Source of the DNA: an archaeon
Lineage (GTDB): Archaea; Nanobdellota; Nanobdellia; Pacearchaeales; GW2011-AR1
Length of the DNA: 64,000 nucleotides
Direction of reading: 5' to 3'
Assembly: GCA_038121585.1 (NCBI GenBank)
Contig: JAYONY010000002.1
Coordinates: forward strand, 95,341-159,340
Made by a program: the position numbers and the translations under genes. Below are positions 19,199 to 29,561 of the stretch, in pieces (the first letter of the stretch is position 1; the number at the start of each line of letters is the position of its first letter). The notes under the pieces are model-generated. The model worked only from the letters and a program-made list of their open reading frames with translations. It was not told where the DNA came from and did not search any database.

Positions 19199-20301
19199 TT
19201 ACTAAGTTCCTCCCTGGTGCTGCTTGCAGTGTTCCAGCCTTTTGCAAGGAATGGTGATAGTGCCATAGTTACTTGCATTGATATAAACATTCGTGCGAAA
19301 GCTCCTAGTTTTGGTACGAGGAAGAGTGCGAGTGAGAATATATAGGGTGGTTGTGTTATGAGGAGCCCTAAGTATGTTAATACGCCGAGTAGTACGAGGT
19401 AGGGTGAGAGTACGTGTGTGAGGAGTGCGAATGGAAGTACTACTTTGCCAAAGTTTCGTTTTCCAATCATTGGAATGCTTTTTGTGTACATGTACATTAC
19501 TCCTCGGGCTCTGCGCATTTTTTGTTTTTGGCGTTCTTTAAAATTGGTAGGTGTGTATTCTGATACGATAGCGTTTGGCGCGTAACTAAATCGATACCCT
19601 TTTTTGATTACGGTGAATATGAGCTCGGTGTCATCTACGCTGCTTGATAGTTCCACTCCTTTGAGGAGTTTTGTTCGAAATGCCATGAGTGGCCCATTAC
19701 AGATAGATACTGAGTCAAGCGCACTCTCTCCACTTCGCCATAGGTGGTAGAATGTTCGATACAAGCTTTCGTCTTTGTATGTTGCTTTTGAGGTTCCTGG
19801 TTCAATAATGTGTAGTTTTGCATTTGTAGCTCCGACATCTTTGTTTTGAAATTCTTGCATGAGGTGTTCTAGGGCATCTTCTTTTACGAGTGAGTCTGAA
19901 TCGGTTACAACGGTTATTTCTGTTTTGATTTTTGGGAGGAGGTAGTTTAGGGCATTTGGTTTTCCTGGCTTGGTTGGGTTACTAATGATTTTATATTTGA
20001 ACGGAAAGTTCTTCATTGCTTTTTGTATAACATCAAGTGATGCATCTGTTGAATGGTCGTCTAGAAAGATTACCTCTAACTTATTTTTCGGATAGTGTAG
20101 TTTTGCAGTATTTGCTATTTTTTTGGGCAGTACGAGTGCTTCGTTAAGAAAGGGGATGATAAGCGTTGCTGTAGGGTGAATTTTTTTTGTATAGTGGGGG
20201 AGTGGTTTTTTTGAATAATAGTAGTATACAAGGGTATAGCTAGTAAAGATAAGGGTTACCGCTCCGATGAGGGACAGTAGGAGTACTAACAGAAATGTCA
20301 T
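19195..20301 (-). CDS. Membrane-embedded family-2 glycosyltransferase (synthase-like)
   Basis: N-terminal TM, LIIPFLNEA, FLDDHSTDAS, VVTDSDS, QKQKMRRARG (QxxRW-like), C-terminal TMs. Confidence 0.7.
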   Translation of the reverse strand: MTFLLVLLLSLIGAVTLIFTSYTLVYYYYSKKPLPHYTKKIHPTATLIIPFLNEALVLPKKIANTAKLHYPKNKLEVIFLDDHSTDASLDVIQKAMKNFPFKYKIISNPTKPGKPNALNYLLPKIKTEITVVTDSDSLVKEDALEHLMQEFQNKDVGATNAKLHIIEPGTSKATYKDESLYRTFYHLWRSGESALDSVSICNGPLMAFRTKLLKGVELSSSVDDTELIFTVIKKGYRFSYAPNAIVSEYTPTNFKERQKQKMRRARGVMYMYTKSIPMIGKRNFGKVVLPFALLTHVLSPYLVLLGVLTYLGLLITQPPYIFSLALFLVPKLGAFARMFISMQVTMALSPFLAKGWNTASSTREELSK

Positions 20302-21069
20302 TTAACCTCTCCTTGGTTTCCATCGAACATTCTTTAGTAACATGCCGGTTATTTTTAAGCCGTCCATTATTGGTGATAGCTTGCTTTCTCCGTGTCGTGG
20401 GTCGTACGTGATTGGTACTGAGTGCATTTTCAGTCCGAGCTTTGCCATTTTGGTTACCATTTCTGCTTCTATTGCAAATCCGCCCGCTCGAAGGTGGCCG
20501 TTTAAGACTTTGGTTGATTTTCGAGTCCATGCAAAGTAACCTGTACACGTGTCTGAGATGTTTGCTTTGTATAATGATCGTGTGAGGAAGGTGAAAAACC
20601 AGTTTGCTGATCGGTGGGAGAATGACATTGCATTCTTTGTCATATTCCCTTCAATTCGGCTTCCTACGATTACATCTGAGAATCCTGATTCGAGTGGTTC
20701 AATTAGGCGGAGCATTTCTCGTGGTTTGTAGGTGTTGTCCCCATCTACCATGACCACATAGTCAACATCTTTTGCAATATTTTTGAAGCCTGTCTTTATT
20801 GCGTTGCCTTTTCCAGGTTTTGGTTCATGAATTACGCGTGCTCCATATTTTTGGGCTACTTCTGCTGTTTTATCAGTAGAGTTATTGTCAACGACCATAA
20901 CTTCTATTTCATATCCTTTCTTTGCCAATTCTGTATATTGGACATCTTTGATAACATCGGCAATTCCTTTTTCCTCATTGAGACATGGAACCATAAGTAC
21001 TATTTTCTTATGTTTCTTAACTGCTTTTTGTGCTGTTCGGGCCATTGGTCGGTATATGTGTTGTTGCAT
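20302..21069 (-). CDS. Dolichyl-phosphate sugar synthase-like GT2
   Basis: LMVPCLNEEKGI, VVDNNSTDKT, GKGNA, MVDGDNTY. Confidence 0.75.
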   Translation of the reverse strand: MQQHIYRPMARTAQKAVKKHKKIVLMVPCLNEEKGIADVIKDVQYTELAKKGYEIEVMVVDNNSTDKTAEVAQKYGARVIHEPKPGKGNAIKTGFKNIAKDVDYVVMVDGDNTYKPREMLRLIEPLESGFSDVIVGSRIEGNMTKNAMSFSHRSANWFFTFLTRSLYKANISDTCTGYFAWTRKSTKVLNGHLRAGGFAIEAEMVTKMAKLGLKMHSVPITYDPRHGESKLSPIMDGLKITGMLLKNVRWKPRRG

Positions 21070-21170
21070 TTGATACTGTAATGTTAAATAACATTAGTTA
21101 GGAAAACTTTTATAAGTGTTTCGGTTTTTTACTACTCTAGGGTTTAGACCTCTGAGCCTTACTCTAGAAT

Positions 21171-21695
21171 ATGAAACAAATAGTGCTTGCTGCCATATTA
21201 ATAGCTATCGGATTTTTTTTCTTACTTGCGAGAATTCCTATTGGTATCGAACCGATTACTGAGGTATACTTCGAAAATCACACTTTGTTACCAAATGCAT
21301 TATACTATACGCAAGAAACAGAGTTCTCATTCACTGTTGTTAATGCAGAACACCGGGAAATGCAGTATAAGTATCGTGTCGAACGATATAATGGGGAGGG
21401 GGAGCGTGTTACAATGACTCGATTAAAAGATTTTTCACTTGTAGAAGGGGAGAAAATAACGTTTACTGAAGGGTTAGGGTACGATGATGTTTTTGATTAT
21501 GAAGAAAGCATTGAACGACTTCAGAATGATACGTTCACCGATAACCGTGCTAAATTGCTTGTGCGAGTACTTAAGTTCCCTGGGGAGGAAACTCCTTGGT
21601 TTGAAAAAAAACTTTGGAGAAACGACCCTAAGTATGCTGATGAAGTAACGATTCATTTCTGGGTGGATGAAATCCCTCCTGAATTGCCAGTTTAA
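21171..21695 (+). CDS. N-terminally anchored hypothetical protein
   Basis: ATG start, single TM, then a soluble domain. No recognisable motif. Confidence 0.4.
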   Translation: MKQIVLAAILIAIGFFFLLARIPIGIEPITEVYFENHTLLPNALYYTQETEFSFTVVNAEHREMQYKYRVERYNGEGERVTMTRLKDFSLVEGEKITFTEGLGYDDVFDYEESIERLQNDTFTDNRAKLLVRVLKFPGEETPWFEKKLWRNDPKYADEVTIHFWVDEIPPELPV

Positions 21696-21703
21696 AGTGA
21701 AAT

Positions 21704-22285
21704 CTAGGCACTTGCTGCAAGTGCACGTTCTACATGGCCGAGTTGCGCAGTAATGCCACCGTAGAATGCAAGTGCTCCTGCAAGTGCGAATACGATAATA
21801 GTGATGATAAGCCACACTTTTCGTTTTTGCACATCTTGAATGTGGGTGAGTGGGTAAGTGAGAAGTGCACCAAGTCCTGATAGGGAGATAATAGCCGCTG
21901 TTTTAAGGGGGTCACGTGATAATTCATTAATGAGCACGTTATAAGATGAAGCAACAAGTAACACTCCTCCCAATGCTCCAAAAACGCTTGCTGGTCGGTA
22001 GTCCCAGTTATTAAGCATGACGAGCCCTCCAACGAGCGTGAGAGTTGCAAATACGAAATAGCCTACGCCGTATACTTCAATATAATGGTCTGGTATTGGG
22101 GTATTAACAAACAGGTTGAACCCAAATGCCATAGCAATACCTCCCAGAATAATGAAAATTGCACCGTAAGTTTTTTCTTTCTGAGGGTCTATTTTTTCAC
22201 GGAAGTGATGGAAGAGATAATACGCGAAAAGAAGTGCACCTGTCCCTACAAGCATTAATCCAAAAGCAAGTGGGTTGTAAGCCAT
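21704..22285 (-). CDS. Polytopic membrane protein
   Basis: Trimmed to ATG 22285, which is preceded by GGAGGTGA. Six hydrophobic helices. Confidence 0.5.
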   Translation of the reverse strand: MAYNPLAFGLMLVGTGALLFAYYLFHHFREKIDPQKEKTYGAIFIILGGIAMAFGFNLFVNTPIPDHYIEVYGVGYFVFATLTLVGGLVMLNNWDYRPASVFGALGGVLLVASSYNVLINELSRDPLKTAAIISLSGLGALLTYPLTHIQDVQKRKVWLIITIIVFALAGALAFYGGITAQLGHVERALAASA

Positions 22286-22420
22286 TACTATTTCACCTCC
22301 CTTAAAAAGAGTATTTGAAATATTTAAAAGTATGTCTAAGCAAGAGGTATAAAATATGTCTCTCAAGGTGATGGGATGGTTAGCAAACACCTTTTAATAC
22401 CGTTTTAATTGTCGATAAGC

Positions 22421-22870
22421 ATGGAAAACGTAGAAAAATGGCTCAGTGAAGTTGATCGAGAAATCGCTGCGTGTCAGCAGCATTTTGGCGGTAATTGGCG
22501 AATACATGCCCTTAATAATTGGGGGTTTAATCTCCCTGGAGGGTTTTGTAGGGATATTAATGCAGATGTGCTTGATGAGCTATCTGAGTCACAGTCTATC
22601 TATCCTGATACGGGTAAAGAAGGGTATTTCATCGGTGAGGGTGAGGAGAGAATAATACCTGGTAAGACTGAGAAACGTCTTTCTCAAACGCATAGGGAAT
22701 TTTATAAAACGATTGATGATGCGTTAGAAAGGCGTGCTATCTCGTTTGATTGGGTGCGTTCATTACAGGGCACTGATGCTGACAAGCGAAATGAGTTATA
22801 TGCTATAACGCTCCCTGCTTATCGTGATCTGCGAGCGCAAGGGTATTCCTGGCAGGATTTGTGTGGGTAA
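22421..22870 (+). CDS. Hypothetical soluble protein
   Basis: Trimmed from TTG 22409 to ATG 22421. A TATA-like CTTTTAATAC lies about 27 nt upstream. Confidence 0.4.
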   Translation: MENVEKWLSEVDREIAACQQHFGGNWRIHALNNWGFNLPGGFCRDINADVLDELSESQSIYPDTGKEGYFIGEGEERIIPGKTEKRLSQTHREFYKTIDDALERRAISFDWVRSLQGTDADKRNELYAITLPAYRDLRAQGYSWQDLCG

Positions 22871-22906
22871 AAACTACAAAAAATAAAAAAAAATGGGTGA
22901 GCGAAT

Positions 22907-23134
22907 TTATTGCTCTTGTTCGTCTCGCTTCTTCTGGAAACACTCTCTACAATAGACAGGTTTTCCTTCAGTAGGTTTGAACGGTACTTCACATTCTTTC
23001 TGACATTCAGAGCAGGTTGCTTTGTGCATTTCACGTGGTGGTCGTGGACCTCGGTTAAAACCGCGTCTGTTGCCTCCCCCTCCTCGGTGGAATGAATCTC
23101 GTCGTCCAGAATTGTTTCTTCGATTATCTTGCAT
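22907..23134 (-). CDS. RGG-rich CxxC-x17-CxxC zinc-ribbon protein
   Basis: CSEC-x17-CREC counted directly. Arg/Gly-rich N-terminus. Confidence 0.7.
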   Translation of the reverse strand: MQDNRRNNSGRRDSFHRGGGGNRRGFNRGPRPPREMHKATCSECQKECEVPFKPTEGKPVYCRECFQKKRDEQEQ

Positions 23135-23601
23135 GGTAGGCCTCCGTTATACTTATTGAATGAATTGCTTAGTTTTACTCGAGAAAAAAATGGGTCCTTG
23201 AACCATACGTATACCTTACGCTATAAGGTAATTTTATCGTTATTTAAATGTGTGTATTGGCCGTGTGCTTTCCCTCCGGGTAGGTTATGCATTGATCAAT
23301 TAGGCTATGTACTGCAAAAAGGTTATAGAATAGATGTGCAAACAATTAAATTACTGCATTCCTAGTACATTGTATGTGTACAGTTTGTGCATCAACAATA
23401 TGTGGGGGAACTGGAGGATGTCAGGCAGCAGCTCAGACTGCTAAAGTAGTGTTACAGAACCCGCAACCAATCCAAGTAACTATAACGTATGCACAATCCT
23501 CGTTTTCATGGTTGTATTCTGCTATTGCAACAACCTTTACTGGGTTGCAAGAAGCTGGTAGGGCGAGCGTTCGATCATTGTTTATAAAATAAGGTGGTGT
23601 G

Positions 23602-24276
23602 ATGGGTACAAAGAAAAGCACAACGGTCGAATTATTGTTCAATATTGTAATTCCTATACTCATATTATCGAAATTCAGCGGTGAGGATCGACTTGGTCCA
23701 ACGCTTGGCCTCATTGTTGCGTTAGCGTTTCCAACAGGGTATGGTTTGTGGGACATGCGTCAGAAGAATGGTGTTAATTTCTTCTCAGTTGTTGGGTTTG
23801 TGAGCGTGCTTCTAACCGGTGTTATTGGACTCCTAGAACTTCCAACGCACTGGTTAGCGGTAAAAGAAGCAAGCATTCCATTTCTGATAGGGTTGTTTAT
23901 TCTAGGGGCAATGGCGTTTGGCCGTTCACCAGTGTATGAAGTCTTGAAAGGAACCCTTAATTTTGAAAAAGTGAACACTGCAGCAAAAACAAAGAATAAA
24001 AAAAAGCACGTAGGGCAAGCTATCAAACGATCTAACATTGCACTAGCATGCGTTTTCTTTCTAGCAGCACTCGCAAATTACATTCTAGCAACGGTGATCG
24101 TAGTAGCGCTTCCAGGAAAACCTGAATACAACGCACAACTCGGGACACTAACGGGCTTAAGCTTTGTCGTGATCGTCGTACCGTTCGTCATAGCGTTCAT
24201 GGGAATAACATACTATCTTATGAGAACAATCGCTAAAGCGACTGGTTTATCGTTTGATGTAATGATGTGCGAGTGA
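23602..24276 (+). CDS. Polytopic membrane protein
   Basis: AAGGTGGTG precedes ATG 23602. About 6 TM helices. Confidence 0.5.
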   Translation: MGTKKSTTVELLFNIVIPILILSKFSGEDRLGPTLGLIVALAFPTGYGLWDMRQKNGVNFFSVVGFVSVLLTGVIGLLELPTHWLAVKEASIPFLIGLFILGAMAFGRSPVYEVLKGTLNFEKVNTAAKTKNKKKHVGQAIKRSNIALACVFFLAALANYILATVIVVALPGKPEYNAQLGTLTGLSFVVIVVPFVIAFMGITYYLMRTIAKATGLSFDVMMCE

Positions 24277-24665
24277 TCACTCACGTAGTATTGATTCAAT
24301 CTTCTTTCCTTTCGCAAGTTCATCAACTAATTTGTCCAAGTAGCGTATCTCACGCATGAGTTTTTCTGTGATGTCTTCTACACGAATCCCACAAACAACG
24401 CCCGTGATCTTCTTTCGCTTAGGATTGAGTTTTGGAGCGCTCTTGAAAAAACCTCTCATACTCTGTTTTGATGATTGGAAATTAAATGATTTGGATGTGA
24501 AAGGAATGGGTGAATACAAATCATTCAATGAATTTATTGAATCCAATAGGCATCTAAAAATTAAAGAAATCAAATCATATAATCGAAAATCAAAATGTTT
24601 TCTTATCTTGCCTTAAGAAACTAGCATGCAATAAGTTGGTCACATAATCCTCTACTAGCGGTAAC

Positions 24666-24675
24666 CCTATAAACT
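24666..24675 (+). promoter_or_regulatory. TATA-like box (CCTATAAACT), centred about 25 nt upstream of the recQ ATG
   Basis: Position relative to ATG 24695. Confidence 0.4.
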
Positions 24676-24694
24676 ACTGCTCGTTGCTGAGTGT

Positions 24695-26164
24695 ATGGGT
24701 GAACTATTACAACAGTATTTTGGATATGAGCATTTCAGGCCTATGCAGGAAGAGGTGATTGCTTCTGTCTTAGATAAGAAGGACACGGTGGTTATCATGT
24801 CGACTGGCGGGGGTAAATCAATGTGTTATCAATATCCTGCGCTTCAGTTTGAGGGGGTAACGATTGTTATTTCTCCCTTAATCTCTCTTATGAAGGATCA
24901 GGTTGATGCGCTGCGAAAAAAGGGTATTGCTGCTGACTACATTAACTCTACGCTTTCAAGTGATGAGGTTGCGGAGATTCAAGAGAAAGTAGTGTATAAT
25001 CAAACGAAACTCTTGTACATTGCTCCTGAACGATTAGCATTAGAGGATTTTCGAGAATTTTTACTCGGGGTGAATTTGAGTTTAATCGCGATTGACGAAG
25101 CACATTGTATTTCTGAATGGGGACATGATTTTCGACAGGACTATCGTAATTTAACGATGCTCAAACAACTGTTCCCGACTACTCCGATAGTTGCACTAAC
25201 CGCGACTGCGACGAAGAAAGTGCAGTCTGATATTATCAAACAATTAGATCTTAAGGATCCTGCAGTGTTTGTTTCTAGTTTTGATCGTACGAATTTGCGA
25301 TTGCGTGTTATTCAGAAAAAAGATTCGTTTGGGAAAATTCTTGATTTAGTTCAAAAACAACAGGATGGTGCAACGATTATCTATTGTTTTTCTCGTAAAG
25401 ACTGTGAGTCGATAGCACAACGACTCCAAGATAATGGGTTTGGCGCACTACCATATCATGCTGGCTTAAGTCTTGAGGCACGGCGGCATAACCAGGAATT
25501 GTTTGCTAAGAACAAAGTGAAAATCATGGTTGCAACCATTGCATTTGGTATGGGTATTGATAAGTCTGATGTCAGGCTCATAATTCATCATACTTTCTCG
25601 AAAACGCTTGAGAGTTATTATCAAGAAATTGGTCGTGCTGGTCGTGACGGACTGCAAAGTGATTGTGTATTATTCTATTCTGCGGGGGACATGCGCAAGC
25701 ACGAGTTTTTCATAACGCAGATTCCTGACGGGGAAGTGCGGATGCGCAGTAAAGAACAGCTTAAGAGAATGATGCGATATTGCGAGGACACTACCTGCCG
25801 GAGAAAGCATATTCTGAACTATTTCGGGGAGGAGTATCATGAACCTAATTGCGGTGGGTGTGATCTGTGTGTTGCAATGCCTTCAGTTGGTGGGGAACTA
25901 AAACCACAGCAAAATAGCAGTTCATATGATCCTGCACTCTATGAAAAACTACGTGGTGTTCGTAAAGAACTCGCTAAATTCTTAGAAGTCCATTCATTTA
26001 GAATTTTTAGTAATGTGGCGCTTGAACGCATGGCATCAAGAATGCCACGAACAAAAGCAGAATTCTTACAAGTCCATGGTGTCGGACCAAAAAAAGCCCG
26101 TGAATACGGGCAATTATTCCTTGATGCGATTAATGAATTTGTAGAACAAAGTGTTACGGCGTAA
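24695..26164 (+). CDS. recQ: RecQ-family DNA helicase (short form with HRDC-like tail)
   Basis: FGYEHFRPMQEEVI, TGGGKS, DEAHCISEWGHDFR, ALTATAT, Cys cluster CRRKHILNYF..CGGCDLC, HRDC-like C-terminus. Confidence 0.85.
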   Translation: MGELLQQYFGYEHFRPMQEEVIASVLDKKDTVVIMSTGGGKSMCYQYPALQFEGVTIVISPLISLMKDQVDALRKKGIAADYINSTLSSDEVAEIQEKVVYNQTKLLYIAPERLALEDFREFLLGVNLSLIAIDEAHCISEWGHDFRQDYRNLTMLKQLFPTTPIVALTATATKKVQSDIIKQLDLKDPAVFVSSFDRTNLRLRVIQKKDSFGKILDLVQKQQDGATIIYCFSRKDCESIAQRLQDNGFGALPYHAGLSLEARRHNQELFAKNKVKIMVATIAFGMGIDKSDVRLIIHHTFSKTLESYYQEIGRAGRDGLQSDCVLFYSAGDMRKHEFFITQIPDGEVRMRSKEQLKRMMRYCEDTTCRRKHILNYFGEEYHEPNCGGCDLCVAMPSVGGELKPQQNSSSYDPALYEKLRGVRKELAKFLEVHSFRIFSNVALERMASRMPRTKAEFLQVHGVGPKKAREYGQLFLDAINEFVEQSVTA

Positions 26165-26600
26165 TTGGAGATATAGGGAAAATTGCAGCATTCTCAAACT
26201 GGCACGCTAAGTTACCATTATCAACATACGTTTGAGGTGTTTGTCTAATGAAAAAGTTCCAATCAAATAGATAAGATATGCTATCTGGTATTGAGCATTG
26301 TTGTACTATTGTGTTATCAGTTGTTCGGGTATAGGGGTGTTCAGTTAATACAATTGATGTTTCATCAAATTCAGTGGTTGCTATATAATTCGCTATTCGT
26401 TCAATAATTTCTTTAGTATTGACTGTGTATCCTAAAGTACAATCTCCCGCAGCACTAGTTGCCTGATTGTATAATGAGCCCACTCGTCGCAAAACACAAT
26501 GTCAAAATCGATGAGGCTAATGTCACTAAGCCGTTTTAGAATTTTACTAATGTGTCGACGGTAAAAGATTTATAAGGCAGGGGGATTCTTGAAAATTGCT

Positions 26601-27551
26601 ATGGGTAGTTTAGTAAAAAAAATTAGTGAAAATAAGGATAAAAATGCGTTTTGGAGTTTTGCATATGGCGGGTTGTATGCTGCGCATAAGTTTGCGATGC
26701 GGTGCGTTCCTACGAAAGCACTCATCGCGTATCGATATAAAAAAAGGTTTGGCAGGCCATTAGATCTTGCTCGTCCCAAGACGTTTAATGAAAAAATACT
26801 CTGGAAGCAGGTGTATGGTGATAATAAGGCGTATGCTCGTCTATCTGATAAGTATGCGGTGAGAAAGCATATTGCAGAAACAATCGGTAAAGAGTACTTG
26901 ATTCCGTTGCAATATACCACGACTGACCCGCGCTGTATTCCGTTTGATACTCTAGACTATCCAGTCATTATTAAGAGTAATCATGCTTCTGGCCAAAAAA
27001 TAATTCTGAAGGATAAGTCTGCAATTGATAGAAAAGCAGTTATTAGGGAATGCACGCGGTGGTTGAACATAAACTACTATGATGCATTTAGGGAATCACA
27101 GTATAAGGATATTGTTCCAAGGATAGTGGTTGAATCACTACTCGTTAACAAGCAAGGAAGAATTCCTATTGATTACAAATTGCATTGCTTTAACGGTAAA
27201 GTAGAATGTATTCTCGCAATGGATGGAAGATTTGAAACTGATAGAAAGATTGGTTTTTTTGATACTAAGTGGAAGTTTCTCCCGTTCAATTATGGTGTTG
27301 AAGAAGGTGGAACATTCCTTTGGAAACATTCTAAATCGTTTAAAAAACCAAAGAATCTAAAGAAAATGGTTGCGCTAGCAGAAAAACTAGCGAAAGACTT
27401 TGATTTTGTGAGAGTAGATTTGTATTCTGTACAGGATAAAATCTACTTTGGTGAATTAACGTTTACGCCAGGCGCGGGCCTTAACAAGTTCTATCCTGAG
27501 ACTTGGGACAACTATTTTGGGGATAAACTACAATTAGCGAATAAAAAGTAG
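26601..27551 (+). CDS. TupA-like ATP-grasp enzyme
   Basis: KTFNEKILWKQVYGDNKAYARLSDKYAVRKHIAETIGKEYLIPL and RVDLYSVQDKIYFGELTFTPGAG. Trimmed from TTG 26589 to ATG 26601. Confidence 0.7.
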   Translation: MGSLVKKISENKDKNAFWSFAYGGLYAAHKFAMRCVPTKALIAYRYKKRFGRPLDLARPKTFNEKILWKQVYGDNKAYARLSDKYAVRKHIAETIGKEYLIPLQYTTTDPRCIPFDTLDYPVIIKSNHASGQKIILKDKSAIDRKAVIRECTRWLNINYYDAFRESQYKDIVPRIVVESLLVNKQGRIPIDYKLHCFNGKVECILAMDGRFETDRKIGFFDTKWKFLPFNYGVEEGGTFLWKHSKSFKKPKNLKKMVALAEKLAKDFDFVRVDLYSVQDKIYFGELTFTPGAGLNKFYPETWDNYFGDKLQLANKK

Positions 27552-27552
27552 A

Positions 27553-27564
27553 ACGCCCCAACCG
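27553..27564 (+). repeat. att-like core copy 1 (ACGCCCCAACCG)
   Basis: Exact 12-mer starting one nt after the TAG stop of the ATP-grasp gene. Confidence 0.7.
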
Positions 27565-27653
27565 TAAGTTGGGTAGAAACGAGAACGCTCTACGCGATAA
27601 TAACAATGTAATTAAAGTCTTGAGATATATAAATATTTTGAATAGCGAGGATA

Positions 27654-28115
27654 ATGGGAAATAAAAACACTGTTTATGGCATTGTAATTGTTTTGCTATT
27701 AGTGATAATTGCATTATTGTTTATTGGTTTTAACAATTCAAGAGTCACAGGAAACGTAGTTAGTGTAGATAGTGCACTTGAAGAAGAAAGTACTTTTGTT
27801 CCTGATAGTGTGCTTCCAGAATATCATGATACTTTTCTGGTGTACAAAGGGCCTTTATTTAATGGAATGGCCATGTTAGTGTATGAGCGAGAGGTTGAAG
27901 ATGTTGAGGAGGATAATCTAATTATAAAATTGAAAAAACGTGAGAATCGAGACTATCGAGAGCTAGCTGAGTATCTTTCTATAAATAGAATCCCAGGGGT
28001 TATAATTCATACTGAAGATATGGAGATTGGCGAGGAAATAAGTGAAGAAATCGGAGCAAGTGTTATTGTCAAATTTGGGAAAGTAGCGTCTGACGGTTCT
28101 ATTATTCGGAAGTAG
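27654..28115 (+). CDS. N-terminally anchored hypothetical protein
   Basis: ATG start, one TM, acidic soluble domain. Confidence 0.4.
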   Translation: MGNKNTVYGIVIVLLLVIIALLFIGFNNSRVTGNVVSVDSALEEESTFVPDSVLPEYHDTFLVYKGPLFNGMAMLVYEREVEDVEEDNLIIKLKKRENRDYRELAEYLSINRIPGVIIHTEDMEIGEEISEEIGASVIVKFGKVASDGSIIRK

Positions 28116-28136
28116 GCTTTTTACCCTTCAAACTTT

Positions 28137-29153
28137 TCATGGATATTTTTCGCGTAAAAATTGGAGATTGATTGGTTCTATGGGTAATATTCTTGGGCAT
28201 GTGTCTGTTCGAGTGGTAGACATTAGGCTTCCGAAATTACTATTATGCTCAACTCCAAATGCATGCAATAGCTCGTGCAATGCAACATTTCTGTCTTCAC
28301 AATCATTACCATTGGTGTCATAAACTGAAGCAACAAGTAATGTACTTGGGTCTTCATCAGGCACCATTTTTCCAATAGTGGAGGTAAGGCCATCACTTGA
28401 TGTAGGCCAATGTTCTCTTGGCAATATGATGCCAAGAATTAATTGGGCATCATTTGCATTATTAACTTCTTCAAAAGTAATAGATGGAACTTTTGATGTT
28501 AATTCAGCCATGGCTTCATCAAAATTTTCTCTTTTTTGAATTGCCAATTGCTCATGTGCGTTTCCAGGGTCAAAGTAAAAGGTTATGGGCATTTCAAATT
28601 CTAATTCAGGAAAAAGGTTGAATGAAGTTACAGTTTCTGTTTGAATTCCTTCAGGTACTTCTTGCGCTCCTAAACGAATTGTTTCAGTGTATATGCTATA
28701 TTCTGCATCTTGAGCGCTTGGATTGTAAAGGATTATAACCCCTCCATTAACAACGCATGAAAGTGTATATTCTGTGACTTCTTCAATACTACAACCTGCA
28801 TACCTATTGTAGTGTATAAGGTCAAAATATTTTTCATAATCTCTATAAGTTGGAACTATTTGCATATTTAGGGGTTGGCTACTTTCAATTCTAAAAGTTG
28901 CTTCTTCAATTAGTTCTGATTCAAATTCTATAGCAATGATGTAGTCTGATGAAAGTGTATCTTGATCAAATAATGCCTCATTTGAATTGCTTACGTTTTC
29001 AGTAGAGTTTTGTGATTCATTAGTAAGTATGATTGTTTCTTGAGAATCTAGAGTGCCGCTGATTGTCCAAATGAACAATGCTAAAACAATGGCTACTAAG
29101 GTCATATGAATTAGAAAACTATAATCTTTCTTTGGTTTTTTCTTTGATGCCAC
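28137..29153 (-). CDS. Membrane-anchored zinc metalloprotease (metzincin-like)
   Basis: HELLHAFGVEHN equals HExxHxxGxxH. N-terminal TM, GTG start. Confidence 0.7.
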   Translation of the reverse strand: MASKKKPKKDYSFLIHMTLVAIVLALFIWTISGTLDSQETIILTNESQNSTENVSNSNEALFDQDTLSSDYIIAIEFESELIEEATFRIESSQPLNMQIVPTYRDYEKYFDLIHYNRYAGCSIEEVTEYTLSCVVNGGVIILYNPSAQDAEYSIYTETIRLGAQEVPEGIQTETVTSFNLFPELEFEMPITFYFDPGNAHEQLAIQKRENFDEAMAELTSKVPSITFEEVNNANDAQLILGIILPREHWPTSSDGLTSTIGKMVPDEDPSTLLVASVYDTNGNDCEDRNVALHELLHAFGVEHNSNFGSLMSTTRTDTCPRILPIEPINLQFLREKYP

Positions 29154-29225
29154 AACACGCCCAAGCAGGCATCACTTAATAATATTTCTAAAAAATTTCT
29201 GTACGGTTTATACTCACATTATTAT

Positions 29226-29561
29226 TTATTTTTCTGTTCCAATAATGTTTTTTACTCCGCATAAACGGCATTTAATGAGGGAATGATTGTATGCTCGAAG
29301 CTCATTCTTGATATTTTCATTAGTAGTTATCATGTTTTTACAGTTTGGACATTTCCACCTTCCATCAATTTGTTTTTTGATTGGTTTCTTGTAATTATCT
29401 TTCATAGCTAACATCTGATTTTTTTTATGTAACTCATTAATCTGTTCTAATGCTACATAAACTCCAAGTACTATTAATGCTGTAATTATACGTTCTCCTA
29501 CCAAACTGTCTGTGAAAAAGTTAATTGAAAGTCCTAAAACAGCCCACCAGATTAAGTTCAT
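29226..29561 (-). CDS. Two-TM protein with C-terminal zinc ribbon
   Basis: CPNC..x..CRLC after two hydrophobic helices. Confidence 0.45.
   Translation of the reverse strand: MNLIWWAVLGLSINFFTDSLVGERIITALIVLGVYVALEQINELHKKNQMLAMKDNYKKPIKKQIDGRWKCPNCKNMITTNENIKNELRAYNHSLIKCRLCGVKNIIGTEK

Noticed and set aside
23433-23756. 107-aa minus-strand ORF overlapping the start of the membrane-protein gene.
   Set aside because: It is antisense to a better-supported gene preceded by a Shine-Dalgarno-like AAGGTGGTG. It has no motif.
26154-26492. 112-aa minus-strand ORF downstream of recQ.
   Set aside because: The frame opens right after an in-frame TGA and offers only TTG/GTG starts, with no ATG. It overlaps the recQ 3' end and has no recognisable motif. 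It may be a gene remnant, but I cannot support it as a CDS.
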